Positions 55,013 through 64,000 of a stretch of 64,000 bases of DNA are shown here, piece by piece (position 1 is the first letter of the stretch; each line of letters begins with the position of its first letter). Below the pieces are notes generated by a model, which worked only from the letters and a program-made list of their open reading frames with translations, was not told where the DNA came from and made no database searches. Source of the stretch: Candidatus Melainabacteria bacterium SSGW_16 (GTDB taxonomy: Bacteria; Cyanobacteriota; Vampirovibrionia; 2-02-FULL-35-15); the NCBI GenBank assembly GCA_004769085.1, contig DUDS01000028.1:3914-67913 (forward strand), written 5' to 3'. The translations under genes were made by a program, and so were the position numbers.

Positions 55013-58000
55013 GCTGTTTATTCGGTACAAATTTAAATTCCTTTTCAAGCCTTTTGCCTCTCAACCACCTGAAACTTCGTGTTGCACGGCGAGTTATTTT
55101 CTTTGATTCTTTTAAATTTCCTTTTACTTCAAACTTAAAATATTGTGGTGGCGTAATATGTAAAAGTGGAATAACAATTCTTCTTTTACTTAATGTCTCA
55201 GGAAGAACTGATATTGCACCTTTAGATCCATCCTGATTAGTTAATTCTTTTGGAAGAAATCCATAAAATGATAAATCTATAAATGAATTTACAATGTCTA
55301 TAAAACCAAAAGAATTTAAAAATAAATTTCCTGCTCTGTAATGAAAATTGTTTGCTTTTACTGTTCCTTTTTTAATGTCAAGTGCACCATCAATAGTATT
55401 AAAACTTCCATCCTGATATTTAAGGAATAAGGAAAGTATGTTTGAGAGGTTAAAGCCAAAAATTCCCTGCCCGACAAGGTTTGCCAGTTTTAATCCTTTA
55501 TGCAAAAGAGCCACCTGACCTAGCTTACCCTCTGTGATTGAAAATGACAGGGCTCCATTTGAGGTGGAAATAATTTCATCTTTTGTTTTTCCTTCTGCTT
55601 TAATCATGACATCAAATGCTGTTTTTCCGGAGATTTTTTCAGGATCAAGAAAGACAAATGATCCAAGATTTGATAATTCAACATCAGATCCTTCAGTATT
55701 GAAAACGATTGATCCGTTTTCTGGATTATAAATACCATTTGCCTTTATATTACCTGGGTTACTGTTTACAGCAAGCTCATCCAGGTATATAACAGGATTT
55801 TCATATTTTCCTGATAAAGATGCAGATTTTGCCATTATGGAAGCATAGTTTATATTGTTTAAGTTTGAAACTAATGAGCCGTGTTTTGTATCAAAATATA
55901 CTTTAAATGTTCCGTCTTCTGCAGTTAATTTCTTCCCTAATAGCTCTGGCATCCGTATATTTGTTACAGATGCATCACTGGCAATACTGTGCATGGAGGG
56001 TGTTCCACTTAATGAACCATTTAGATCAATCATTCCCCAGATTTTCAGTCCCATCAGAGGTGTAATTGGTTCAATTATCATAAAGATTGCAGTAGGTTCG
56101 TCAGTTTTAAAATAAAGCATTAATTCAGGATCTTCTGAAGAAATGTTTTTTATGCTGCCCGTTGTTGTTAATGAAAGCTTATTTGACTTTATATTAAACT
56201 GATTAAGATAAAGAGCCATCTCATCAGTATTCAAATCAACATTTGCAGAAATAATGTAGTCCTTATCTATAGGTTTGCTTATATAAGGCGGGAAGTCAAC
56301 CATAAGCATTTCATCAAGAGTCGAATATACTGAAAAGTTAGCCCATGGGAATGAAATATCAAAATTAATTGTTGTTGGGACAAAGCCATCAGTAATTATA
56401 TTCTGAGGATAATTAGGATTAACTGCTTTTACTAATGCTGGAGGATCCGCTTCCAGAGCCACTTTTCCTTGGATCTTGAATTTCGGACTCAGATAATCTG
56501 ACACAGTCAGATCACAATTAAAATTATTACTCTCATTAATTTTTCCACTTAAATCAAACAGACTTAAATTCTTTTCTCCGATGACAAGCCTGCCTGAAAG
56601 ATTATTTAAACCAAAAGGAAGAGATTTATATTTAATCTCGCCGTTTTTAAAGTATACATTTCCTGAAAGAGCTGTAGGATAAACAAAAATGTCAAGTGCT
56701 GCTACTCCTTTTAATTTTTCCAGTTCCTGTGCCTGTACATCAAGTGAACTGGTTTTAAGCTGATTTTTCAGATATTCCCAGAAACTTTCAATTTCAATAT
56801 CGCCTGTTACAAGCCTGATGTTTGGTTTTGGTCCTGTAAATAGATCCTGTATGTATCCTGAAATGTTGAAATCAGAATTTTGAACCATGCCATTTAATTC
56901 TTCTACCACAAGATCTGAGCCTTCAAAAACAAGATTTCCTGAGATGCTGCTTATTTTGTCTCTAAGATTTGGCAGACTAAATGAGACATTATTAACTGAA
57001 ACCATACCATCCAGAACTGGTTTTGAAAATGTGCCGGCTATTTTTAAGTTTAGGTTACTTGCTTCCCCGGTTACTGTTTCAGCAATAGGCTTAAAGGGGG
57101 TTTTTGAGGAAATAGATGAAAGAATAAAGTGTATGATTTTTAAATGTTCTGCAGATACAGAAAGATTAACTGATTCATCTTCTTTGAGGGAAAAATCCCC
57201 GTTTATGTAAAACCCATCATTATTTATTAAACCTGTCAGTTTATTGAAAATAACTTTCGAGCCATCAAGCAGAACATCTCCAAATATTTTTTTTATTTCT
57301 ACGGGTTCAACTTCCTTTAGCGTGGAAAGTACTGCATCATGAAAAGCAATCTTTCCTTTGATTTCTGGTGGTATATTTCTGGGTGCATTGACATCAAGAT
57401 TAAGATCGAGCTTTCCACTGCTTTCCACTTCTATTGGGGGTTTAAATCCAGCCTGAAAGAGAAGATCCTTAAGAACATTTAAACTGAGTCCGTTCCCATT
57501 GAGTTTAAAAACTGTAGCCTGATTATCTATTCTTCCGGTCAGCAAAAGAAGAGAATTTTCTATAGGAATGTTCAGATAATCAATGTTTATAGCTTCATTG
57601 TCAAGCACAAGCTTGCTTTTTAATCCATGTATGCCTCTGAGAAAACCGGATTCTTCTGTTAGATTAAAGCTGTCAAGCAAAATAGTACCGGAATATTTGG
57701 GTGCAATTGATGGCCCTGAAAGTTTTAAATCTATTTCTACAAGACCATCATCATTTATTGGTTCAATTCTGGATCTTGCATCATTAGGAAGTAACGATAA
57801 AGGAATATAAGGTTTTACATTTTTAAAATTAAACTTATTTGTTTTAAATTCTATATCCAGCTCAGGAAGTTCTTTTGACCAGTTATAAATAAATCCTTTA
57901 AGTGTGTAACTAAGTTCATTAATAGTTGATTTGAATGTTTTAATTTCAATCTTATCTTTACCTATTGTTGAGTTTACAACCAGAGTAGTCTTAGGAATTT

Positions 58001-58871
58001 GAATAAGCTGTGATATGCCTTTGTTCTCCAGCTCGATAATGAAGTTATTTGTTCTGGTTACTGACTGTACTTTCGTATGCTTCTCATGCTTTTTTTTATG
58101 CAGATGGATTTTTCCGCTGAATTCTCCTGATATCTTTTTAATTTCAGGTTCTTTGAATGAACTTGTAATAAAACCTTCAAATTTTTTAAGATCAATTTTC
58201 TTTGCAAAAATATTTAAATCAAATCCACCTTTATCCCATGTAATTTTTTTATTGTCTGTATATTTCCCTTTTACTTTAATGAATGATGGACTTGTTTTAG
58301 AACCTATCCTTGAAAAAAGATCTATATATTGGATTTTTGAGAATGGTTTTTTCCTAAGATTTAAATTAAGTTCCTTATACAGTGTGACTTTGTTTGATGT
58401 AGGATCTGATTCATCAACAAAATATATAATACTGTTATTGAGTTTTAAATTATCAGCTTTTGGCGGTGGTCCTGGTGGAAAGATTTTAATTATATTAAAA
58501 TTTCCATCCTTGTACCTGATTGCATTCAGATACATGTTTGCAGATTCAATGCCATAAAAATGTGAATATGTTCCTGTTATTATACTTTTTATATGCCATA
58601 TAAATCTGCTTGGACCCGCCTGTAATACCAGGTTATTTTCCCTGTCATAGAGTGAAATTTCAGAAGTAGTAACACCCAGTTTCAATCCATCCCAGTCCCA
58701 GCTTAACTCACCAAGTTTTACTGTACATGTAAGCTGGTCCTTAAGATTTTTTTCAACATAGCTTTTAAGCTTATTTATATCTCCAAAGATATATAAAAAG
58801 CAGGCAGCAATAATACATAAGGTCAGTGAAAAATATACCAGGATTCTAATTATTGTTTTACTTACTTTCAT
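55002..58871 (-). CDS. AsmA-family / TamB-YhdP-like envelope protein (1289 aa)
   Basis: A single N-terminal TM anchor is followed by a long beta-rich repetitive body, with an AsmA-like N-terminus (LGELSWDWDGLKLGV). The call rests on architecture only. Confidence 0.65.
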   Translation of the reverse strand: MKVSKTIIRILVYFSLTLCIIAACFLYIFGDINKLKSYVEKNLKDQLTCTVKLGELSWDWDGLKLGVTTSEISLYDRENNLVLQAGPSRFIWHIKSIITGTYSHFYGIESANMYLNAIRYKDGNFNIIKIFPPGPPPKADNLKLNNSIIYFVDESDPTSNKVTLYKELNLNLRKKPFSKIQYIDLFSRIGSKTSPSFIKVKGKYTDNKKITWDKGGFDLNIFAKKIDLKKFEGFITSSFKEPEIKKISGEFSGKIHLHKKKHEKHTKVQSVTRTNNFIIELENKGISQLIQIPKTTLVVNSTIGKDKIEIKTFKSTINELSYTLKGFIYNWSKELPELDIEFKTNKFNFKNVKPYIPLSLLPNDARSRIEPINDDGLVEIDLKLSGPSIAPKYSGTILLDSFNLTEESGFLRGIHGLKSKLVLDNEAINIDYLNIPIENSLLLLTGRIDNQATVFKLNGNGLSLNVLKDLLFQAGFKPPIEVESSGKLDLNLDVNAPRNIPPEIKGKIAFHDAVLSTLKEVEPVEIKKIFGDVLLDGSKVIFNKLTGLINNDGFYINGDFSLKEDESVNLSVSAEHLKIIHFILSSISSKTPFKPIAETVTGEASNLNLKIAGTFSKPVLDGMVSVNNVSFSLPNLRDKISSISGNLVFEGSDLVVEELNGMVQNSDFNISGYIQDLFTGPKPNIRLVTGDIEIESFWEYLKNQLKTSSLDVQAQELEKLKGVAALDIFVYPTALSGNVYFKNGEIKYKSLPFGLNNLSGRLVIGEKNLSLFDLSGKINESNNFNCDLTVSDYLSPKFKIQGKVALEADPPALVKAVNPNYPQNIITDGFVPTTINFDISFPWANFSVYSTLDEMLMVDFPPYISKPIDKDYIISANVDLNTDEMALYLNQFNIKSNKLSLTTTGSIKNISSEDPELMLYFKTDEPTAIFMIIEPITPLMGLKIWGMIDLNGSLSGTPSMHSIASDASVTNIRMPELLGKKLTAEDGTFKVYFDTKHGSLVSNLNNINYASIMAKSASLSGKYENPVIYLDELAVNSNPGNIKANGIYNPENGSIVFNTEGSDVELSNLGSFVFLDPEKISGKTAFDVMIKAEGKTKDEIISTSNGALSFSITEGKLGQVALLHKGLKLANLVGQGIFGFNLSNILSLFLKYQDGSFNTIDGALDIKKGTVKANNFHYRAGNLFLNSFGFIDIVNSFIDLSFYGFLPKELTNQDGSKGAISVLPETLSKRRIVIPLLHITPPQYFKFEVKGNLKESKKITRRATRSFRWLRGKRLEKEFKFVPNKQPSP

Positions 58872-58884
58872 GTTTATTTTTATA

Positions 58885-60036
58885 TTACAGTAGTTTTAGA
58901 AGGATCTCATTATTTAAAAACATTCCTTTTTCAGTAAGAGATATTTTTTCATCTGAAAATTCCAATAAACCTTCTTTTGACATTTCATTTAAAATGTTTT
59001 CTATGTAAAAATCAGACTTTTGAGAAATATTTCTTAGAAGCTCAATATCAAATCCATTATCAAGCCTGGATGAAAGCATTATTTTTTCAAAATTATGATC
59101 TGAAGGATATTCAGTTATTATTTCCTGTGTTGGATTCTCAATATAATCTTCAAGATTCCTTATGTTACAGGTTCTAAGTCCATTTAGATATCTATGTGCA
59201 CCTGTTCCAAATGCAAAATATTCTTTTTGCAGCCAATAGGTAAGATTATGTACTGATTCATACCCACTTTTTGCAAAGTTGCTGATTTCATAATGTCTGA
59301 AACCATGATTATTTAAGGCTTGGCAAAGTACAGAATAAAGTTCAAATGCAAAATCTCCATCAGGAAGTGTTTTTGGATTACTGTAAATAGTTTCAAAAGG
59401 TGTGTTTGGTTCTATTATTAGTGAATATGCGGAGATGTGTTTTGGTTCATGTTTAAGCGCTTCATTTATTGTTTCAGACCAACATGTTTTGGTCATACCT
59501 GGCACTGAAAATATAAGATCCAGATTAATATTTAAAATACCTGCAGATTTTACAATATTTATAGCATCTATAGTGTCTTTTACAGAATGTTTTCTACCAA
59601 GTATTTTTAGAATATCATCGTTAAAGCTCTGTGCTCCTATGCTTATTCTGTTTACACCGAGATTTTTATATGATTTCATGAAATCTTCAGTAACAGTTCC
59701 AGGATTAGCTTCCATTGTAATTTCACAATGGTCATCCAGATTGAAATATTTTTTAATTTCTTCAAACAGTTTTGAATAATAATCAGGATGTATAAGCGAT
59801 GGCGTTCCCCCGCCGATGAAAATTGTTTTTAGATTTGATATTTTTGTACTTTGCGGTATTAACTTCAGAAAGTTCAGGTATGCAGTACATTTATGATTTA
59901 TTTCAGAATACAAAGCCTGAAAATATCTTTCAATTAAATTCTCTTTATTAGCCCATGATGCAAAATCACAATAAGGACATTTTGTTTTACAAAATGGAAT
60001 GTGAATATAAATACTTTCTGCACTTAGCATTTTCAT
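58885..60036 (-). CDS. hemW: radical SAM heme chaperone HemW (HemN-like, oxygen-independent coproporphyrinogen oxidase family)
   Basis: YIHIPFCKTKCPYCDF (CxxxCxxC), GGGTPS, and a HemN C-terminal-like domain. Confidence 0.9.
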   Translation of the reverse strand: MKMLSAESIYIHIPFCKTKCPYCDFASWANKENLIERYFQALYSEINHKCTAYLNFLKLIPQSTKISNLKTIFIGGGTPSLIHPDYYSKLFEEIKKYFNLDDHCEITMEANPGTVTEDFMKSYKNLGVNRISIGAQSFNDDILKILGRKHSVKDTIDAINIVKSAGILNINLDLIFSVPGMTKTCWSETINEALKHEPKHISAYSLIIEPNTPFETIYSNPKTLPDGDFAFELYSVLCQALNNHGFRHYEISNFAKSGYESVHNLTYWLQKEYFAFGTGAHRYLNGLRTCNIRNLEDYIENPTQEIITEYPSDHNFEKIMLSSRLDNGFDIELLRNISQKSDFYIENILNEMSKEGLLEFSDEKISLTEKGMFLNNEILLKLL

Positions 60037-61017
60037 TTATTTCCCGATAATATATGCTGCATGAGTAGTTGCCCCAACATCTAATTTTACGGCAATTTTC
60101 TTTTCAATAAGGTCAATTATAGAGATTGTATTTGTAGTTTCGCTTGTAACTATTAAATTATTGCCTGATGGTGTTATTTTCATGTCTCCCGGGAACTGTG
60201 TCTCAGCAGGCAGTAATATTGATTCAGCTACTAAGTCGTTTTGAGTATCTATGATATCTATAGTATTTGATTTACCAGTTCCAACATAGATTCTACTTCC
60301 ATCCTGGCTAATAATCAGTGAAACCGGCTTCTCGCCAACCGAAATCTTAGTCATTACTTTTTTATTTTTAATATTAATTTTTGAAACCATATTTTCGTTC
60401 CTACATGTAACATATAAGAATTTTCCTTCAGGATCAGAAACCATTTTTTCTGGTCTGCCGCCTACTTCAATATGGCTCTGTAATGAGAAATCCTTTTGAT
60501 TTAAAAAGACAATTCTGTTTGAGCTCGGGCAAGTAATAGCAATTACCCCTTCTTTATTTAACTGTATAAAACTTGCTGGATTTGGAAGAATTTTTGACTG
60601 AACAAAGAATTTTTCATCATTAATCCGGTATACACTAAACTGGTTTGCTACATTCTCAAGAATATATACCAGTAATCCATCTTCTGATAGTTTTATATCC
60701 CTGGGGCTTGACATAGAGGGGAGTGTGAAACTTTTTGATATTGTGTTTTCCATTGGCTTCAGGCGGTATATCTGATCTTTTGCAAAATCACTAATATAAA
60801 TCAGATTATTTTTCTCATCAAAATCAATTTCCCAGGGGGCACCTTTAGTTTTTATATGGTTTATTTTTTCCAGGGTACTTAAATCTAGATAAACAATTTC
60901 GCCTGTATCAGGACTTGTCAGATATAAAATTCCTTTTAATTTGCCAGGACTGTCAGTGCAAAATGAAGGAAGCCCCAATAAAAATATTCCAAAAAGTATA
61001 AAAATTATTATTCTCAT
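60037..61017 (-). CDS. exported YVTN/YncE-like beta-propeller protein
   Basis: Signal peptide plus repeated ~40-aa blades (LYVTCRNENMVSKINIK..K; IYVGTGKSNTIDIIDTQ). It abuts both neighbouring genes with no gap. Confidence 0.7.
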   Translation of the reverse strand: MRIIIFILFGIFLLGLPSFCTDSPGKLKGILYLTSPDTGEIVYLDLSTLEKINHIKTKGAPWEIDFDEKNNLIYISDFAKDQIYRLKPMENTISKSFTLPSMSSPRDIKLSEDGLLVYILENVANQFSVYRINDEKFFVQSKILPNPASFIQLNKEGVIAITCPSSNRIVFLNQKDFSLQSHIEVGGRPEKMVSDPEGKFLYVTCRNENMVSKINIKNKKVMTKISVGEKPVSLIISQDGSRIYVGTGKSNTIDIIDTQNDLVAESILLPAETQFPGDMKITPSGNNLIVTSETTNTISIIDLIEKKIAVKLDVGATTHAAYIIGK

Positions 61018-63570
61018 TTAAAACTCTATTCCAAAAGTAATTACCTGAAAAGGGCTTGTATCAAAGCTAATTTTGTTTTTATCAAATTTTAAGGTATTTA
61101 AAACTTCTTCATTTAAATTCAGACGATAAATATTTTTTACAGGAATATTGAAACTTAGCTCACAGTTCTCCAGAGCTTTCCTTGTCGGATTATAAAGTCT
61201 GAGAATTATCAGACTGTCTTTATCTTCACCCTTTTTTAATGCACTTAATATAAGTTCATTACTAATCCTGAAAACAGATTCTGAATTTATTTCATTAAAT
61301 GACTGGTTTAGTAATACTGGTGTCTGGTGGTTTAATTGTTTAATTGCTATGTTTGCACTTTCAATACTGCCTGTATGGGGGATTATTGCATATGAATATT
61401 CAATAGTTCTGTTGCACTGTGCATCAGGCACATCAATTAATGACATGGACTTTACTGCTGATAATTTTCCTACTGACCTTAACATTGTTATAGCAAAACC
61501 ATTTCCGTCAGGATACAGCTCATACTCAGATAGTCCTCCTCCTATAAAAGCAAGCCCCTGGTTTTCGTTTGAATGATCTATCCAGTTGTATATTGGCTGT
61601 GTTAAAGAATAGTTAACCCAGTCACAGGGAGGCAGAGCTCTGCATAATGTACCAAACTGTGTATCTGCATTTATGAAACAGGTGTTAAGTTGTGTTGGGA
61701 AATGAAGTCTTATTCTTTTATTCTTATTTTTGTTGTTTATTATTGTTTTAATATCAATTCTGTCCAGATTGCTGTAACATGTGATTTCTAGGTTTATTTC
61801 CAGATCACCATTAGTTTCTGAAGAGACAGATATTATTTTTCTGAGACTATTTTCTTCAGTTACTTTATGATTCCAGTTCCATTCTTTTGAAGAGATTGTT
61901 TTGCTATTTTTATTTGACACAAATTCATATTCATTCCCTAAATCATCTTCAATGGTAAAAAAATGAATGTTGTTAAAAACAAATCCACTGCCTTTTAATT
62001 TAAGATTTAAGGTCCCGTCTTTGTTAATAAACAGTTCATAAAATTCATTTTCAAATTTTTTTACTTCTTCTTTTAAGGATTTATTGTCTTCATAAACAGG
62101 CTCAATTTTATATGAGGTAATGGAAAAAGGCTCGATATCTACATAGAATAAAACTTTTGTTTTCTGCACAGACTGAAGGAGAGGGACTTCATCAACAGAT
62201 CTTGTAAGCTTATATGTTTTTTCACTTTTAAGAATTTCAACCGGTATCGTTTTATCTTTATTTTTTAATATAAGTGATTTAACTTCTTTTTTTGTAATTT
62301 GAGGCTCAGCTCCAGGGTGATCTGCCAGAGGTCCGAGAAGAAATTCAATTTCTGTTTGAACGGGTTCAAATCTTTTATAGCTTGTGAGATTTATTACCTG
62401 AAGAAATTGTCTGTCTTTATTGTTTTCATTAAAGCTGCATAGAGGAGAAAGAATATCTTCTTTTAATTTTTCAAGAACATGGTTTATTTTAAGGAATCTT
62501 GTTTCCATTTCTTTGTGAACATCATCAGTAGAACAGCCGCATATTGAATCATGAGCATGGTTTTTAATTAAGAGTTTCCATGCATATTTGAGTATATTTT
62601 TAATAGTCAACGGAGCAAGGAGTTTAAGTAAGCCCTTTTTGTCCGCTGTTTCATAAATAACAGAAAGCGGCTCAATAATTTTTTCAATTTTTGTCTGACA
62701 TTTATAATTCTCAAGCTTTAAATACATTCTGGATGATAATGTGCCTGCAAGAACAAATTTATTATTGTCATCCCTTAGTTCACCGAATATTATGGGGAAA
62801 TCATCTTTTTTTTGATTTTCAGATATTTTCTTTAATGCATCAGTTAGTGTACTTATTTTTATTTCGTATTTTTTATTGCCATTTACATTTTTAAGAGCAT
62901 CTTTCAAATTCTTTTGTGCAAAAAGGTGATCGCATCCGTTCATTAAGAGGATATGTCCGGAAAGTGAGGTTTTTGACTGTTTTTCGTATATTTTATCCAG
63001 ATAAGCTTCAATATTGTCTTTTGGAAAAACCTGGGCATTGTTGTACCAGTGTGTAAGTGAAACAGCAGTTACATCCTCGCCATTTAATCCATACCATCTG
63101 TGTTCAGCTTTCTTATCCTGTATTCCTCTTCCAATAACAGTAGAACTTATGTTAAACCCTCTGAGGATTTGAGGGAGCTGTGCTATTTGACCAAATTGAT
63201 CCGGTAAATAACCTATAAGCATTACATTACCAAAATCTCTTGCATACTTTATTCCATAAATCAGGTTTCTAATAGTTGCTTCACTGCTGGTAAGAAACTG
63301 ATCTGAAAGCACATACCATGGTCCTATAAGCAGGTTATCTGACTTTATGTAATTTTTAATAAGATCCTTTTTTTCGGGATTTATTTCAAGATAGTCTTCA
63401 ATTATTACCGACTGTCCGTCCAGGTGAAATTTAAAATCCTTGTTTTGTTTTAAAATATCTAAGAGATTATCGATGAGTTCCGTTAATTCTATTCTGAATG
63501 TTTCAAAAGGGAAGTACCATTCTCTGTCCCAGTGTGTGTGTGGAATAATATGAAAAACGATCTTATCCAT
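61018..63570 (-). CDS. glycoside hydrolase family 38 alpha-mannosidase (mannosylglycerate hydrolase-like)
   Basis: IIPHTHWDREW at the N-terminus, then GPWY...D, LPDQFG and HDSICG. Length is 850 aa. Confidence 0.9.
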   Translation of the reverse strand: MDKIVFHIIPHTHWDREWYFPFETFRIELTELIDNLLDILKQNKDFKFHLDGQSVIIEDYLEINPEKKDLIKNYIKSDNLLIGPWYVLSDQFLTSSEATIRNLIYGIKYARDFGNVMLIGYLPDQFGQIAQLPQILRGFNISSTVIGRGIQDKKAEHRWYGLNGEDVTAVSLTHWYNNAQVFPKDNIEAYLDKIYEKQSKTSLSGHILLMNGCDHLFAQKNLKDALKNVNGNKKYEIKISTLTDALKKISENQKKDDFPIIFGELRDDNNKFVLAGTLSSRMYLKLENYKCQTKIEKIIEPLSVIYETADKKGLLKLLAPLTIKNILKYAWKLLIKNHAHDSICGCSTDDVHKEMETRFLKINHVLEKLKEDILSPLCSFNENNKDRQFLQVINLTSYKRFEPVQTEIEFLLGPLADHPGAEPQITKKEVKSLILKNKDKTIPVEILKSEKTYKLTRSVDEVPLLQSVQKTKVLFYVDIEPFSITSYKIEPVYEDNKSLKEEVKKFENEFYELFINKDGTLNLKLKGSGFVFNNIHFFTIEDDLGNEYEFVSNKNSKTISSKEWNWNHKVTEENSLRKIISVSSETNGDLEINLEITCYSNLDRIDIKTIINNKNKNKRIRLHFPTQLNTCFINADTQFGTLCRALPPCDWVNYSLTQPIYNWIDHSNENQGLAFIGGGLSEYELYPDGNGFAITMLRSVGKLSAVKSMSLIDVPDAQCNRTIEYSYAIIPHTGSIESANIAIKQLNHQTPVLLNQSFNEINSESVFRISNELILSALKKGEDKDSLIILRLYNPTRKALENCELSFNIPVKNIYRLNLNEEVLNTLKFDKNKISFDTSPFQVITFGIEF

Positions 63571-64000
63571 AAAATTAAGAATTTATCCTTTGACAGAAAA
63601 AACTTCAATACTGTTGCATGGCTTACATTTATAGTTTACTTTATAGCTGTCTTTTGTGGCTGGTTTAATTTATTTTTTGCGGCATTATATGGTAAAAACT
63701 ATTTCCCTTTAAGAAGTTATCTGCTTGTTTTCGGGGATGAACAGGTTTCAAATATTCATAAAATCACAAAAGGGATCTTTAATCTTGCAGGATATAAAGC
63801 AAAAATACTTACAGTTATTCCTTATAAACTATTTGATGATTTGTTTTTTATGTTTGTTAGTTCATCCCTTATAGTTCTTTTTATATGTGGTTATTTAATT
63901 GTAAAATCAGGGAAGATTCCTCAGACGCAGATTATAAAATGGTCAGTTATTTTTTCGGTTTTAACTGCATTTGCCATCCCCTCTCATTCCTCTGATTTAT
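63550..64000 (+). CDS. membrane protein, 3'-truncated by window edge (not in the ORF track)
   Basis: Frame 1 is open from ATG 63550 to the window end. The translation (..AWLTFIVYFIAVFCGWFNLFFAALYG.., ..LFFMFVSSSLIVLFICGYLIV..) is hydrophobic. The start is uncertain and would overlap the divergent GH38 start by 21 nt. Confidence 0.35.
   Translation, partial: MKNDLIHKIKNLSFDRKNFNTVAWLTFIVYFIAVFCGWFNLFFAALYGKNYFPLRSYLLVFGDEQVSNIHKITKGIFNLAGYKAKILTVIPYKLFDDLFFMFVSSSLIVLFICGYLIVKSGKIPQTQIIKWSVIFSVLTAFAIPSHSSDL

Noticed and set aside
1-64000. Prophage, IS element, integron or alternative genetic code
   Set aside because: No integrase, transposase, capsid or terminase-like ORFs were recognised. 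Long housekeeping ORFs are uninterrupted under the standard code with TGA, TAA and TAG all used as stops. The repeats are not arranged as attC-cassette arrays.

Overview
This is a 64-kb, AT-rich (roughly one-third G+C by eye) bacterial chromosomal segment, densely coding on both strands. I count about 55 protein genes and one tRNA (Thr-CGU). I recognise no rRNA, CRISPR array, transposase, integrase or phage genes.

Housekeeping backbone: hisI, gltX, a partial F-type ATP synthase operon (c-b'-b-delta-alpha), sbcC, rel/spoT, maf, rpe, a short transaldolase/FSA-family gene, secD, tagA-like and csaB-like wall-polymer genes, mraY, yggT, hisA, a tmk-like kinase, nusB, Fe-ADH, threonine dehydratase, a CCA/polyA-polymerase family enzyme, an AsmA/TamB-like protein, hemW and a GH38 mannosidase. 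The b/b' stalk pair, long-form NusB, YggT(Ycf19) and CsaB suggest a diderm related to cyanobacteria (non-photosynthetic Melainabacteria/Margulisbacteria-like). That placement is inference only.

Accessory content is dominated by very large exported proteins: a 1744-aa and a 325-aa cysteine-dense protein, an 808-aa Asn/Asp/His tandem-repeat protein, a FecR-TPR fusion and three beta-propeller proteins.

Three things stand out:
1. An abundant family of about 100-nt GC-richer structured intergenic repeats (7 copies) has two covarying helices and an SD-like 3' end. It sits directly in front of hisI, rel, yggT, hisA and tmk, and appears to donate the GTG starts of hisI and hisA.
2. The last 19 codons of nusB are duplicated exactly 3,000 bp downstream and differ only at third codon positions. 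The two copies bracket a single propeller gene, which looks like an integration scar with no integrase.
3. There is a cysteine-rich, low-complexity secretome island at 14.5-30.2 kb.

All functional calls come from motif recognition by eye. No searches were run.
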